From Schizochytrium sp. TIO01 (taxonomy: Eukaryota; Protista; Bigyra: Labyrinthulomycetes), in assembly GCA_004764695.1 (NCBI GenBank), contig SMSO01000037.1, forward strand, positions 844,747 through 908,746: DNA of 64,000 bases. Direction: 5' to 3'. Within the stretch, counting starts at the first letter, position 1. Each line of letters starts with the position of its first letter. Of this stretch, positions 1 to 12,179 are shown piece after piece. The notes under the pieces were generated by a model, which saw only the letters and a program-made list of their open reading frames with translations, had not been told where the DNA came from and did not search any database. Made by a program: the position numbers and the translations under genes.

Positions 1-2268
1 GTTGATTTGTACAAATACCCTTGCATTGACTCTATTGCGGGACGCAAGACCTACCGAGGACATTCTGGTGATGTGCGCAATGCAAGGTTTACTTGTGATG
101 ACGCATATGCCATTACGGTAGGTGGATCCGATCGCTGCATTATGCAATGGAGGTTGGATCTCGGGGATGACGAGGTTGCTGTTGCTGCTGGCGAGTCGGG
201 CAGAGATAGTGATATTGTCCACGAGGCGAAGGGGGCCGGGCCCGACGGAATTAAAGGTAGCGGCGAAGGCGAGTTTGTTGCCGTTCGGCCTTGGCTTAGT
301 GCTGTTGTTCCGCCGACAGGAGCTCCATCAGCCTCTGAACATGGCGAGGATGCGCCTGCTGGAGTCCAAGTAGAGTTGGATTTCATCTATGGACATCGTT
401 CTCATGACGTTCGAAACAACTTACGATACAACTGCAATGGCCAGGTCGTTTACTTCGGCGCAGCAGTAGGCATTGTGTACAACAAAGCTTTGCATTCGCA
501 AAGTTTTTACTTGGGGCATGACGGGCGCCCGATCATATCACTCTCTATGCATCCAACGGGGAAGTTTGTTGCAACCGGTGAGGGCAGCTGTAGCAATCGC
601 CGGCGTCCGGGGAGTGCAGTTCGTGTTCACATTTGGAATGCAATGACTGGATCTTCAATTATGAAGCTTCCAGCGTTGCATTCAACAGCAGCTTCCCAGC
701 TTTGCTTCAGTGCAGACGGATCTCGACTCGTCTCCGTTGGTGAAGATGAGAACCACACGATAATGGTATGGCGATCTGACTCTGGTACTTGGATTGACAC
801 TAAGTTGCAGGCAAAAGCTATGGGCGGACAGCAAAAGGTCCTTTTTGCGTTGTTTTACGGGTCTGCTGAGCTTGCAACAGGTGGTGTAAACCACATTACA
901 TTTTGGAAATTGAACGGTGGTGTGCTAACTCCACGCAGAGGTATCTTTGGTCGAAAAGGTAAGATTCAGCCTTTGCTATGTGCTGCAACCCTCGAAGGGG
1001 TTGGAGCCTCAGCAAAGATTGCAACTGGTGCCGTCACGGGTCATTTGTATGTATGGTCTGATGGAGAGGTCATCAAGTCGGTCAAGGCGCACGATCGATC
1101 TGTCAATGCAATTCATGCATGCAAACTTGGCCTAGTAACAGGCAGCAAGGATGGTGTTGTAAAATTATGGGATTCGAAGCTCTCCCCAATTCGAACATTT
1201 GATATGAGCGAGGCAATCCCGACGCCTCATCGTCCCCCGGTGAGATCTGTATGTTGGGATTCGGTTCGGGGCACTGTTTTGGTTGGCACCCAAGGAAGCG
1301 AAATATATGAATTGACGACAGCCAATCTATCTGTAGCTCTCCTGTCCCAAGGACACGCTATGGACGAGCTACATGGTTTAGCTCCTAGTCCGATCGATCC
1401 TAATCTGTTCGTGACTGCTGGCGATGATCAAACAGTGCGACTATGGGACGCTTCAAAGCACCGAATGATCTCGGAGCGCAATGTGGGATGTATGACTCGG
1501 GCTGTGTGCTGGTCACCAGATGGAGCAACACTTGGTGTTGGCTTGGGGGGTACAGTGGGTCGGGGCCGTCAGAAGAAGGATGGTGTAGTGATGGTTCTGC
1601 GTGGGTCCGGAGCCCTAGACCTTCTTCATGAGACCCGTGACTCTAAAGAGTGGATTGCCGATGCTAAATATTCACCAGATGGCGAAACTCTTGCAGTAGC
1701 ATCCTACGACAATAAAATCTACCTCTACGATGTGAACAAAAACTACGAGTTGAGGGCGAAGTGCGAAGGCCACAACTCTTTTGTTCTTCACATTGACTTT
1801 AGTGAAGACTCTGAATATCTTCGTTCCAATTGTGGCGGGTACGACCTTCTTTTTCACAAAGTAGAAGATGGAGCCGTTGTTAACTCTCCCTCGATGCTTA
1901 AAGATATCAAATGGGCAACCACGACGTGTTGCTTATGCTGGTCTGTGCAAGGTATCTGGCCTGAGGTTACCGATTCAACGATGTACAATGCGTGCGATGC
2001 CGCCCCTGACGTAAAGCTTGTTGCCACCACTGATGATCGAGGCAACCTAAAGCTTTTCGAGTACCCGGCAATTACAAAGGGTGCTCATTCACTTTCTTAC
2101 CGAGCACATGTTTCGCAAGTTATGAACACTAAGTTCAACAAGAACCGCGAATACATTTTTACAGCAGGCGGCCCGGATCGCGTTCTGTGTCAATGGAAAG
2201 TGAAGCGGGTGAAAACGCAAGATAGTGCAGCTAATGACGCGATTCAAGTAGAAGAAGCAAAAGAATAG
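1..2268 (+). CDS. Echinoderm microtubule-associated protein-like (EML5/EML6-type) WD40/HELP protein, 5'-truncated by the window edge
   Basis: The frame is open from base 1 (VDLYKYPC...). It has a HELP-type motif (ELDFIYGHRSHDVRNNLRY), many WD40 repeats and EML-typical C-terminal motifs (HIDFSEDSEYLRSNCG, VQGIWP, LFEYP, AGGPDRVLCQW). The start of the ORF looks like the end of a preceding TAPE domain, implying a multi-TAPE EML. Confidence 0.9.
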   Translation, partial: VDLYKYPCIDSIAGRKTYRGHSGDVRNARFTCDDAYAITVGGSDRCIMQWRLDLGDDEVAVAAGESGRDSDIVHEAKGAGPDGIKGSGEGEFVAVRPWLSAVVPPTGAPSASEHGEDAPAGVQVELDFIYGHRSHDVRNNLRYNCNGQVVYFGAAVGIVYNKALHSQSFYLGHDGRPIISLSMHPTGKFVATGEGSCSNRRRPGSAVRVHIWNAMTGSSIMKLPALHSTAASQLCFSADGSRLVSVGEDENHTIMVWRSDSGTWIDTKLQAKAMGGQQKVLFALFYGSAELATGGVNHITFWKLNGGVLTPRRGIFGRKGKIQPLLCAATLEGVGASAKIATGAVTGHLYVWSDGEVIKSVKAHDRSVNAIHACKLGLVTGSKDGVVKLWDSKLSPIRTFDMSEAIPTPHRPPVRSVCWDSVRGTVLVGTQGSEIYELTTANLSVALLSQGHAMDELHGLAPSPIDPNLFVTAGDDQTVRLWDASKHRMISERNVGCMTRAVCWSPDGATLGVGLGGTVGRGRQKKDGVVMVLRGSGALDLLHETRDSKEWIADAKYSPDGETLAVASYDNKIYLYDVNKNYELRAKCEGHNSFVLHIDFSEDSEYLRSNCGGYDLLFHKVEDGAVVNSPSMLKDIKWATTTCCLCWSVQGIWPEVTDSTMYNACDAAPDVKLVATTDDRGNLKLFEYPAITKGAHSLSYRAHVSQVMNTKFNKNREYIFTAGGPDRVLCQWKVKRVKTQDSAANDAIQVEEAKE

Positions 2269-2464
2269 TACTAATGATGTTTCCATACATGTTTGTTTCT
2301 ACATGGAAAATTAAACAAAGCAAGAAATATATTTCTTTTCATACAATTCCATTTTCCCATATTATGTATTTGCTAAGCAAGTGCGATGCTACATAGAAAT
2401 TTCAGCAATCCGTATTGAGGCGACATAAAAGTAAAGATTGCATTTGTGCAAGAGTTGAATTATG

Positions 2465-2929
2465 TTAAAGATAGTCGTCATTAGACCTTCCGAGCTTCAG
2501 CACAAAAGCTGAGGAAAAAATTAAAATGCACTGGAACATGATGGCAATGCCAGGGTAGGTTGAGTCCGGTATGACGCCACCAATTCCCTTCTGGTTAACA
2601 TACACATTGTGCAATACCCAGATTGAAGTAATTATACAAAAGGCGCCTAGGGCAAGAGCAAAGCCAAGGAGGGCTCTTGTTTGATAACGCACCATGATTC
2701 CTCCATGGTGGCTATATTCATCCGCAGAGAGGGCACTCCAATCCATGAAGGACAGTATAATGAAACTCAAGGTAGTTCCGACACCCAAAAGGTATAATTG
2801 TGCTTTTACGTTGAGTGGATCATGTTCATAGCCGTTTTGTGCGACAGCGTCGATGAAGATCCACCATCCGAGACTAAAGAGAATGCCTGATCCCCAGCTG
2901 AAGATGCGCAACCTTTGACGGTCATCCAT
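2465..2929 (-). CDS. Vps68/TMEM50 (UPF0220) family small multi-pass membrane protein
   Basis: SGILFSLGWWIFIDA motif, four hydrophobic segments and C-terminal YPGIAIMFQCILIFSSAFVLKLGR. The ATG at 2929 gives 154 aa. It is preceded by an acceptor-like TTTTATACAG (2941-2950), so an upstream exon is possible and the true start is uncertain. Confidence 0.8.
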   Translation of the reverse strand: MDDRQRLRIFSWGSGILFSLGWWIFIDAVAQNGYEHDPLNVKAQLYLLGVGTTLSFIILSFMDWSALSADEYSHHGGIMVRYQTRALLGFALALGAFCIITSIWVLHNVYVNQKGIGGVIPDSTYPGIAIMFQCILIFSSAFVLKLGRSNDDYL

Positions 2930-4360
2930 ATATTCGAGATCTGTATAAAAGGTTCCAACGTGTATATGAAGTCCGGCGAGTGGGAATAAGACGGGGAATG
3001 TTAGTAATCGTAGAAGGATAAATAAGATCAATTCCATCAAGAATTGAAAGTCAACAATAATTCAATTTGTCATGATCTGTGAGTACACCCATGCCTTTAA
3101 TACCATCTCCGTTCTGGACAGGCTCAAGCTATCGCCTTTCCAAGAAGATTGCTCTCGCTTCAGAGAGCAGCACATCTTTTCGGCCGTCCAAGTGCGCTCG
3201 TTTAGCTACCTTGTAGGACTGCTTCATGAGAACAGATCTGGACGGCTAGCTTGGCAACCGTTGCTTTGAGCCTACCCCGTCTTATCAAGCAAAGGAAGAG
3301 TAAAGGGGAATTCTTAGCACGTACCTTCGCGGCAACCCATCTTGGCATTCAACCACGCAGCTTCAGAGACCCAGAGCTATTGAGCGTTGCAGGGCTCTCT
3401 GTTAGAGCTTTGAGGATTTTTGCAACAACAAAGAAGATAAACCATTTATTAGCATAATGGTTACTACCCTCACTAGTGATAATTTATTCTAGCATTAGGA
3501 GCTACATAGGTGGTACTAGTAGTTGCGATTCTTATAAACTCAAGTGAAGCTGCAATGCATAATGGTAGATTCCCCATGAAGTCCAAACGGAAATAGAAAC
3601 TTGGTCATCGACAACAGTTGATGTTTTTGGATTCAGGTAGTCATTCTTACCTCAAGGTCTCAGGTCTATGTTTTTAAAGATATTGAAAGACAGAAAATAC
3701 TAACTATTTAGTTTGGCTATTATTACTGATGCTTAACGGGACTTTTCAGAGCAACTAAAATGCTGATTGCAATGCAAGACGCAAGAGTCAATGCCAGCAT
3801 TGCTAAGCTGTAATTAAATTATATATACAGCAGGTGATAAGAACTCATGTGTCTTCACAATATTGCCTATGACATCACCGGAATTCACCCATAATGGGGA
3901 CATGGGCAGCAAATCGCATTAATGCTCCACGATGGAGAGAGACATACTTCAATCAGTACATACTGCGTCAGATTTGGAGAATAGGTAGCTATATAATAAT
4001 GTGAACTTATTTTTTAATTATATAAATGGCGGAAACGGAAATTTGCTGAAGCAACAAAATTAAGGTTTCTTGGTTTGCGAATTGAGAGTCAACAACTAGT
4101 CACCACTCTGGAAGATACTGACATAGTCAAACATACCTAGTATAGTTGATTATTCAACAGATCTTAGACTAGCTGAGAGAGAAAACGTAGACTTTCAAAA
4201 AGGCAAAACCTTAAAGAAAGGCAAACTTAAGCTTTTTGTGTGTCAACAAGTAAAACAGGATCTAATGTAGCGTTTTGGCTGGCTTGGACGCTTGTCTCGA
4301 AGGCAGTGCAGAACGGACGAGAGAGCTCAATAATAATACAATAAAGAAAAAGCGAGTATT

Positions 4361-5182
4361 TTACTGAGCTTTCTTGACCTTGGGGTCGGGGATTTTATCG
4401 ATCTTGGCGGGGGCCTTGTCTTCTTGAAGAGTACGAATAGTACCTACAAGCAAGTCAATGTACCAAGACCAATTAACGAGGACAAGAAGACCAACACAAA
4501 CAAAACCCATGTTCTCTGGTGTGAGCTCCAGAAAAGTTCGATGACGATATTCAAAGGCAAAAAGGTAAAAGGTCCAGGTGAACCAAGCCACGCGAACTGG
4601 GAAACATAGATTCAAGAGCACGCCACAAGGCTTGATGTACTTATTCATCGAGCCTTGCTCCATCTGTGCAACCTCAAAAAGGCAAACAACAGGGGTGCTG
4701 AACTCTGAGATCGAAAGGGCTACGCAATAAATTGGATGCAAACCTACAAAGAGGACTAGGATGAGACCGACAATGCAAGAAAAGTGATGAACCAAGTACC
4801 GAAAGTCTGTTTCTGCAAAGAAGAAGCGGATAACCACATCCTGCACCATGTAAGCGAGCATGAAAACACAGATTTGCTGGCCTTCATGAGCATGGTGCGC
4901 AAAAGCTTCCCATGGATTAGATACCAAGGTGGCATGAACTCCCTCGAGGGTACCTCCACTCATGTCCAAGACAAGCCACTGAAAAGAGAACAAGAACATC
5001 AGCAGTGAATACGCAGCGGCAAACGAATTACTGCTCCGCAGTCTCTTTTCACCATTTTCTTGATCCACAAACTTGCACACAAAGCCACACGTCGCAACCA
5101 GAATCGTTACAAGCACCATCCACCACACTCGTGGCAAGGGCTTCAGCATTTCTGCTGCATCGACAGTGGTGGCGCTCACCAT
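4361..5182 (-). CDS. TLC (TRAM/LAG1/CLN8) domain membrane protein
   Basis: 273-aa ORF with several TM helices and TLC-type motifs (YMVQD, YLVHH, SEFSTP, FPVRV, NWSWY). Confidence 0.8.
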   Translation of the reverse strand: MVSATTVDAAEMLKPLPRVWWMVLVTILVATCGFVCKFVDQENGEKRLRSSNSFAAAYSLLMFLFSFQWLVLDMSGGTLEGVHATLVSNPWEAFAHHAHEGQQICVFMLAYMVQDVVIRFFFAETDFRYLVHHFSCIVGLILVLFVGLHPIYCVALSISEFSTPVVCLFEVAQMEQGSMNKYIKPCGVLLNLCFPVRVAWFTWTFYLFAFEYRHRTFLELTPENMGFVCVGLLVLVNWSWYIDLLVGTIRTLQEDKAPAKIDKIPDPKVKKAQ

Positions 5183-6984
5183 CCTGCCGTGTATTTATTT
5201 GACTTTCACCCACCACCAAGTCAGCGAGTCTGTCGTGCACAAAGTGTCTTACGCTTTGCTCTTATTATCGCCTCCCAAATTCGTGAATGCTCGATCCCCA
5301 ATCGGCCAATCAACGATCGACGATTGATGATGATCAATCCATCGATGTCAATAAGTACTGCAATTTCAATGTGCCATTCGATCGATCCGTCAAACAAGGG
5401 ATAGTAGTACCTACTAGTACCTACTATTGTTAAAAAGCCAAAAGAAAAACTTTTTTTCTTTCTTTAAATTGAAATTAACGAATTAAAAACTACCTAGCTC
5501 TCCCTACTCAGTACGTCTGAAGATAAAGAAACAAAACCAAAAGGCTCTGCGCCTCGCCTTCTTTAATTTAACTTTACTCTTAGCAGGGCCTACAGTCAGG
5601 TAGGAAGTTTACTCCAAAGAGGTCAAGTCAAAGCATAGGTATGCATCGCGCTGACTATGCTATCTATGGATGCAGTATACCAATTCCTTTTTCTTGAAAG
5701 CAATCTATGTCATGCAAGACGTTCTTTCTGTAGGCCTAGGCTCCACATCATAGCAGCTAAAAACGCCTCTGCCGGGTGAGCTCTTCTCAGTTTACTCGTT
5801 CAGCTTGGGCTTTGCAAGTTTCACCTAAGCCATCAGCACTTATGCGATTTCTGAGACCATCATGGATTCGAAGAATTTCAACAACAACTAGAAGTAGAAG
5901 AAGAAGATTCGGATTCGTGTGGTCAAAAGCGACGTCATCCAGCTTACGCAGTTCGTGATAGAAGGCACCTACTCTAAACAGTAGCAGGGGCCGGGCACGT
6001 TCTCAGAGTGTTTTTCTGGCTACCTCTGGCGTTAGAAAGGGCTAGCCAATGCTTAGTGCCTCCTACCCACTACAATAAACGGAGAGGTCATGTTACATGT
6101 ATTTTATAATAAAAAATTAATTCAACACTACTAATTAGTTATTGGCGCTCTTTAGAGCGATCGAGCACAACTTTAAAGAACAACCAACCACACTGGAGTT
6201 GACAATGCTCGGAACTGAGGACTTTCTGGAGACATGCAAATCGCTCAAAGAGAGGTATCGCAAAGGCTTCGCAGTCAGGGCTCTGTGGATGAGGTCGAGT
6301 GTGGGAATGCATGCATGCATTTCATGCATGCTACTCGTTGGTAGTAGGATGTGGTAATTAGAGCTAGCTCACGCATCTTTAGACAGATAATGAATGGCAT
6401 GACGTTTAAGAATCGTTTGCCCTGAGCAAAACCCTGCTTAGGTAGGTAGGTAGGCACCTACGATGCATACTCCCTCGCCAAGGCAAAGCCAAAAGATCGA
6501 GCATCGTGGAGTTCCACACGGTTATAGGGATTGTTTGTTTTGACGACCACTTTGGACACGAACTACGCTTATGATAGAAGAGGAAGAAAGACAAAGAAGA
6601 AGAACATGAAACAAGAGCACGCTACCTAGTAGTAAGGCTTGCTTTCGTAGTGCTCGAAGGGAATTCACCCAATACTGAGAGTGCACAGGTACAATGTAAA
6701 TCTGAGACGGACGTTGCAGGGAAGGTTGATAATTCTTAGCTCCCACGGGTATGTATATTCACCGTCCTAAATCGCCAGGATGACGGAAACAATAATCTCA
6801 AAATTCATGCAGAGACAAAGAGCGCATGCGCTTGATTTGACATGGCGTTGACATTGGAATTGGGGTCAGCAATGATAGCCTAGATTGTACGATTCTCGGT
6901 CTGGATGTACGAATAGTAAAAAGAGAAAAAGGAAACAGTAACAGGAAATAAGGAAGGAAAACAGGCAGGCAGGCAGATAGAACA

Positions 6985-7998
6985 TTAGAAGAGAGGCGAA
7001 AGCTTTATCTTTTCTGTAAACCAGAGCGGACGATCAGTAAAAATACAGTCTGGGTGGACCTGTTGTGCAAAGGCGTACGAATCATCATCATTGACGCCGA
7101 GCAGCCAGTTCTGATAGCCACGCTCCTTCATCGCTCGAAAGAGGCCAAGGTCAGTCTTCATATTGAAAAAAATTGTAGTGATGACTAGTTGCCAGTCCTC
7201 TCGTAAGGAACGCACGATTGGAACCCGGTTGACAAAGTCCAAGAGACCTTCAGGAGTTTCGCAAGGCATAGCGAATATGTCAAAATCAAATGGTACCAAC
7301 GACAAGAGCCCACAGTGATAAGCAAAGACACAGAGAATGGCATCTAGAACGCTCGGCACCCGCGGTACATGTTCGTCCACCTGGCGAAGCAGTTTATTTG
7401 TTGCGCGATGTAAAGAAAACCATACAACACGATTTTGATCAATTAGTTCACGCTTTTGCAAGATATCATGAACAGAATGCGCGAGTAATGGTGAATAAAT
7501 CTTGAACTCAATTAAGAATTTTGTGGTACAACCTGGCTCTGCAAAAAGATCAAGAACCTCTTCAAGGAGTGGAATGTCCTCGCTCTCGCCAGGGTGATCT
7601 TTGCCTTGGGGGAACCCCTCGGATGGCACCCGATGAACCTTTGGCAGATCTGCGTAGTCAAAGTCATGCACATGGCCATCTACGCCGCACATGCGCTGAA
7701 GACTTCCGTCATGAAGGACGACTACTTTACGGTCTTTAGTGAGCCAGACATCAAACTCAAGAGAATCGAGCACCGCTGCTGCACGTTTAAAGGCCGGAAT
7801 TGTATTTTCGGGTGCAGTTTCCCGCTCGCCTCGGTGTCCGCACGTCTTTCCAAAGGCAAATTGTCTTCGTTTGATATGTGGCAGGTCGGTCTGCTTCAGC
7901 TCCTCAAGATGACTTCGATGTGCAATGCGTGCAGCGAGCAGACTGACGAGGTATAGACAAGCAAGTCCCCCCAAAACTGCGAGAACCTCAAACACCAT
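6985..7998 (-). CDS. Glycerophosphodiester phosphodiesterase, GDE4/GDE7 (lysophospholipase D)-like, with N-terminal TM anchor
   Basis: GHRG..APENTIPAF, LEFDVWLTKD..VVLHD, IEFK and IFTDRP motifs, with a hydrophobic N-terminus. First ATG is at 7998. Confidence 0.9.
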   Translation of the reverse strand: MVFEVLAVLGGLACLYLVSLLAARIAHRSHLEELKQTDLPHIKRRQFAFGKTCGHRGERETAPENTIPAFKRAAAVLDSLEFDVWLTKDRKVVVLHDGSLQRMCGVDGHVHDFDYADLPKVHRVPSEGFPQGKDHPGESEDIPLLEEVLDLFAEPGCTTKFLIEFKIYSPLLAHSVHDILQKRELIDQNRVVWFSLHRATNKLLRQVDEHVPRVPSVLDAILCVFAYHCGLLSLVPFDFDIFAMPCETPEGLLDFVNRVPIVRSLREDWQLVITTIFFNMKTDLGLFRAMKERGYQNWLLGVNDDDSYAFAQQVHPDCIFTDRPLWFTEKIKLSPLF

Positions 7999-10381
7999 AT
8001 TCACCGCAGGTGATGTTCGGCAAGGTGCGTCTGACTAATCGTATAGATATCGTCGGATGCCAGCACTGGCACGAGGTGGATCTCAGTTTTGGGTTAGGAT
8101 CAAAGTTTGAGCTCAAAATAGTTGCGTCGTTGATCGTGGCCCAGGGAAGTATAAACCCCTATAGTTTTCAATAAGTAGGTCCTAACCCGTAGAAGGCTTA
8201 CTCTGAGCACTTCCTAAGTGCGCTGAGTAGTTGACTCTCCAGGTTCGCAAGAATCCTGGAAACTCGTAAATGCACAACCTGCCTTCAGAGCGGCTAAAGA
8301 GCAGTTTAAAACTGCAGGAGAGCTAGACTTATTTGCCCCCTTGGGTCCAGGTGTGATCAGAACTTTGTATTATGGCTCCAGAAATGATTGCATGCAAACC
8401 TCCTGCACGAGTTCTTTCTCCCTGATTCGATTCTGCTTTTGCTTGTTCTTATTATTTTCAAGACACAAGAACTATGAGGACGTGGCTACCCTATTGTTTA
8501 CGCTATTCGGGCCTTTAGTAGCCCGAGAAAGTTTGCCTTTCGCTGTTATGTTATAAAATAGTACTGTGACACCAAAAACACTTTGAAAATAGAGAGAACT
8601 ACTAAGGTAGCTGCTAAATAGGCCTATGGCCTTTATTGCTGCTCCCTCGTTTCGTTCTCGTTTCCAATCTACGAAAGAAGTGATAAAGGAGCTCCAAGTT
8701 CTGGGGTCAAGAATTGCGAAGATGCGCAGCTGCTGCAAAGGTGCACACATAGACAGCATACTGAAGCGACTCTCCCTTTTGGCGCCACCCACAAAGCTAC
8801 TGGGGAGACCTTACGAAGGTGTGGGAGTTTCCTGATATAACGCACTGATGGGTGCCTTTTCTCAACGAGAGCACATCAACTACAGAAGCAAGATTCATTG
8901 TAAGTCTGAGAAGGGGTTCCTAGTGGGTTGGTTGGCAATGCGGTTGATAAGATGGAGGTATGCTTCTGAGAAAACAGCTCCTGTCATGGCACTTGGAATC
9001 AAGGGCAAGCATGCCAGCCAGCTCTAGCTTCTAAAATGTGGCCGAGGTCAGCTGGATTGTGACATAGTAGGAGCCTGTGATGGTTCAAGAGCCTGCCGTT
9101 GGGAAGCTAGATACCTGCTCTTTGCGAAGAATTCGTTGCTGCGAAGGATGTGCAGAATTGATATAGAGAATATGACAGGTACTTTTACGTTGAGAAATAA
9201 CTTTGGATTCAATAGAAGCCGCGTGACATAACGATTGGTTTATTGAACGATTGGCTGATAATTCTTTGTGCAGATCTCGATCTTCAGCAAAAATCAAAAT
9301 ACAGTAAAACTAGCAGGTGTGGCTTGCCAGACACAACAAATAACCGAGGTGTCCTGCTGCTCATCAAACTTCAAATTATATATTTATCAAATTTACACGG
9401 TATAATGACGATCGATCGACCAGCCGGTGCTAAAAATCGGTACAAAAACAAATCGTCGGACATTTAGAATAGGTGAGAAGGTACCAATTCCAACATAAGC
9501 ACGCATCTCAATTCTTATGAGATGCCTTCTCTAATCCAGCATTACCTTTTTAGACAACTGCTTCAAATTGCCATTTTCTTCATTCAAGCTTAGCGTATCT
9601 TCATCCCGAGCTGCCTTGAGAACCTGCACCTACTTTTTGCCAAACTCTCCTAAATATGTCAACCTTGGCCAGCGAGATCAACATGGGGCATCTCTCTTCC
9701 CCTCAGTTCTGCCCTACGAAGAGACCCTTATGAGTATGGCAAGCACACTGACGAAGCACTTATAGAGCCATTGATTTTCTAGTACCTAGAATCCGAACTG
9801 GAACTCAGGTTACGCTTGATGGTAATGGTTTTATTTTTTAGTTTTGCTTTGTTTAATTTATTTAAACAAAAATAAGGTACTCCTAATAATGTTTTTCAAT
9901 GATACTGAGCAATTATGGTCTTTCTACGTAGGTAATAGGTAGGTAAGGTACTACTTAGGATAGACAACAAATATATATTCAGTTTGCTTGCAACAAATCT
10001 CGAAGTCCGTGTCCCAGTTTCTACTCCGAGCGGCAAGAAGCTCAAGCAGTCAGGAGCACAGCTCAAATAATCTGTACGTGCGTTGTCTTCTGGTAGCCAG
10101 CAATCAATCAACACACTGCCCTTGTCGCGTGTCCCGACGTGGCGCTTGCGAGAGAGTGAAGAAGTGAGGCCGGTTTGGCTTTTGTTGATATCAATTTCGG
10201 TCAGGCAAACTCGGTTTCTGGGCGTGCTCGCGGAGACCAAAACCTCTTAAGCTCTACCAAGACTTGGCGAACTTGAGGAATCTTGGCGGTATTAAACCTG
10301 AGCTCTGGAAATCTCTCGAAGAGTATTACTCTTGAACAACTTTCTGCAAGAAGGTTTGAAGTACTTTCTATATAAATAAAG

Positions 10382-11191
10382 ATGGGCCAAGAGCAATCAA
10401 GCACTCGCCGGCACCAGTATCCGTCAGGAAATGTGTATGAAGGCGGTTGGAAACGCAATAAGCGCAACGGAAAGGGTACCATGTGGTGGACCGATGGAAC
10501 AGAATACTCTGGAGATTGGGTGAACAACAAGCAGGAAGGCTATGGCACAATGAAGTTCAGGAATGGCAATGTCTACGAGGGCAACTTTTCTGACAACAAC
10601 TTTAGCGGCAACGGAACTCTCCGCACGAGCAACTCAGAAGTTATTTCCGGAAACTGGCATTTCCTAGGCCGCAATAACTCGAACTTGACTGGGCAACATA
10701 GCGTCATTGGCACATACCGCCTCAATGTTACTATCACAGATGTCTCCACGAACCAGACGCATGGATATAGCGGGGAGGCATCTGTACATTTGGATACAGG
10801 CCTTGTCGTGTTGCCCAATATGCCAAAGCCAGATATTGCACTTCTGCCGTACGCAGTAGCAGTCGCTGCTTATGAGGACGCAAGTCACCCCACTGCAACT
10901 GCCGAGCCATACTCGCAAGCTGATTCTTTCAACATGAATGCTCCGCAAGCTGCACCAGGCTACCCCACTGCTGCAGGCACTGGATATGCACAACCGCCGT
11001 CTTCCGGTCCGGGCAACGCTACCTTAGGTCAGCCTCTCCTTGCAGGTGAATCATATCAGGGAGCAGTCACAGCACCAGTTGCCGGATCGAACTCTGTTGC
11101 TTACGGTGTCAGTGAACCTGGCATGAACTTGAGCCGCCCAACGAACCAGCGAGGCAAGGTTGAGGTTTTCAATCCTCGCAATTATTTCTAA
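10382..11191 (+). CDS. MORN-repeat protein with putative N-myristoylation site and Pro/Ala/Tyr-rich tail
   Basis: Three to four MORN repeats (YEGGWKRNKRNGKG, YSGDWVNNKQEGYG, YEGNFSDNNFSGNG). The N-terminus MGQEQS fits MGxxxS. Confidence 0.85.
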   Translation: MGQEQSSTRRHQYPSGNVYEGGWKRNKRNGKGTMWWTDGTEYSGDWVNNKQEGYGTMKFRNGNVYEGNFSDNNFSGNGTLRTSNSEVISGNWHFLGRNNSNLTGQHSVIGTYRLNVTITDVSTNQTHGYSGEASVHLDTGLVVLPNMPKPDIALLPYAVAVAAYEDASHPTATAEPYSQADSFNMNAPQAAPGYPTAAGTGYAQPPSSGPGNATLGQPLLAGESYQGAVTAPVAGSNSVAYGVSEPGMNLSRPTNQRGKVEVFNPRNYF

Positions 11192-12179
11192 TACCCTGAT
11201 ATGCTTTTCTCTTTATTGCTTTGTTGCCTCAAGACCGTTTAATTTCCAACCCTACAAATAGATCTCTTATTTTAGTTTTTTTTTTTTTTTTAAGTTTTTT
11301 CAGAAAGGCTTTTTACACCCAGCCTTAGTTGTTACACTCTTCCGTCAAGTATCCCATTCTGATCTTTACAAATTAGATATATCAATCTCTTATCTCTAAT
11401 GCTGTTTACAATGGATGGTACTCAAGGGAATGATGTAAAATTCGAGAAAAGTTCTGCGATGTACTTTGATCCAATAATCTACTCGATCCCATATATTTAT
11501 GTTCAAATGAATTCCGTTGATGATGGGGAGACTAAAAGCTTAATTTGGTTGTTTTAAACCCCAACTCTTCCACACAAACGTTTTCTATATATGTATTTCC
11601 ACTCACATTGATTTTGTCTTATGAGACATTCTTTTCAAACAACAATTTTACAGTTGCTCTTGTTTGTTGAAGTGTGCGAACAAGTTCATTTCATACCCCG
11701 AGTCAGCCGTCCATCAATGAAAGGGTCATTTTAAAACAGCAATCATGAGCCCTAAACCAATTGCGCGATTTTCTGATAAAAGGTGAAACAAAGCGATAGG
11801 AAGTGCCAACTCTCACTGTGGTCATAAAATAATATCATCTGTCATTCGCAAAGAAAGATATCCTGTAATCCGTTCGGACAATTAGCCCAAATCATCTGGT
11901 CATTTCAATGATTTCATTTGAATGTACACCATCGAACCACCTCCTGTATAACTTGCATACATTAGTAGTGCCGACAATAGACTCAGCTTCTCTCGCAGTT
12001 GCCTTAAGTCAAATTTTGCAAGTAGACACCTATTAAAAAGCTGACAAGAGTCTCTAAACTATGATTACTGATAGCGTTGTAAAAAGAAAATAGAAGTTAA
12101 AATATAAGATTTAAAAATTAAAGATTAAAGATTAGCATCGAGTAGCTGTGGCAAGCAAACCTGGTTCGTTCTCAAGACC

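Noticed and set aside
5580-6750. Coding-like fragments between the TLC and GDPD genes
   Set aside because: Short broken frames with no motif I could assign.
8300-9800. Possible pseudogene debris between the GDPD and MORN genes
   Set aside because: Manual translation of several frames gave no recognisable family.
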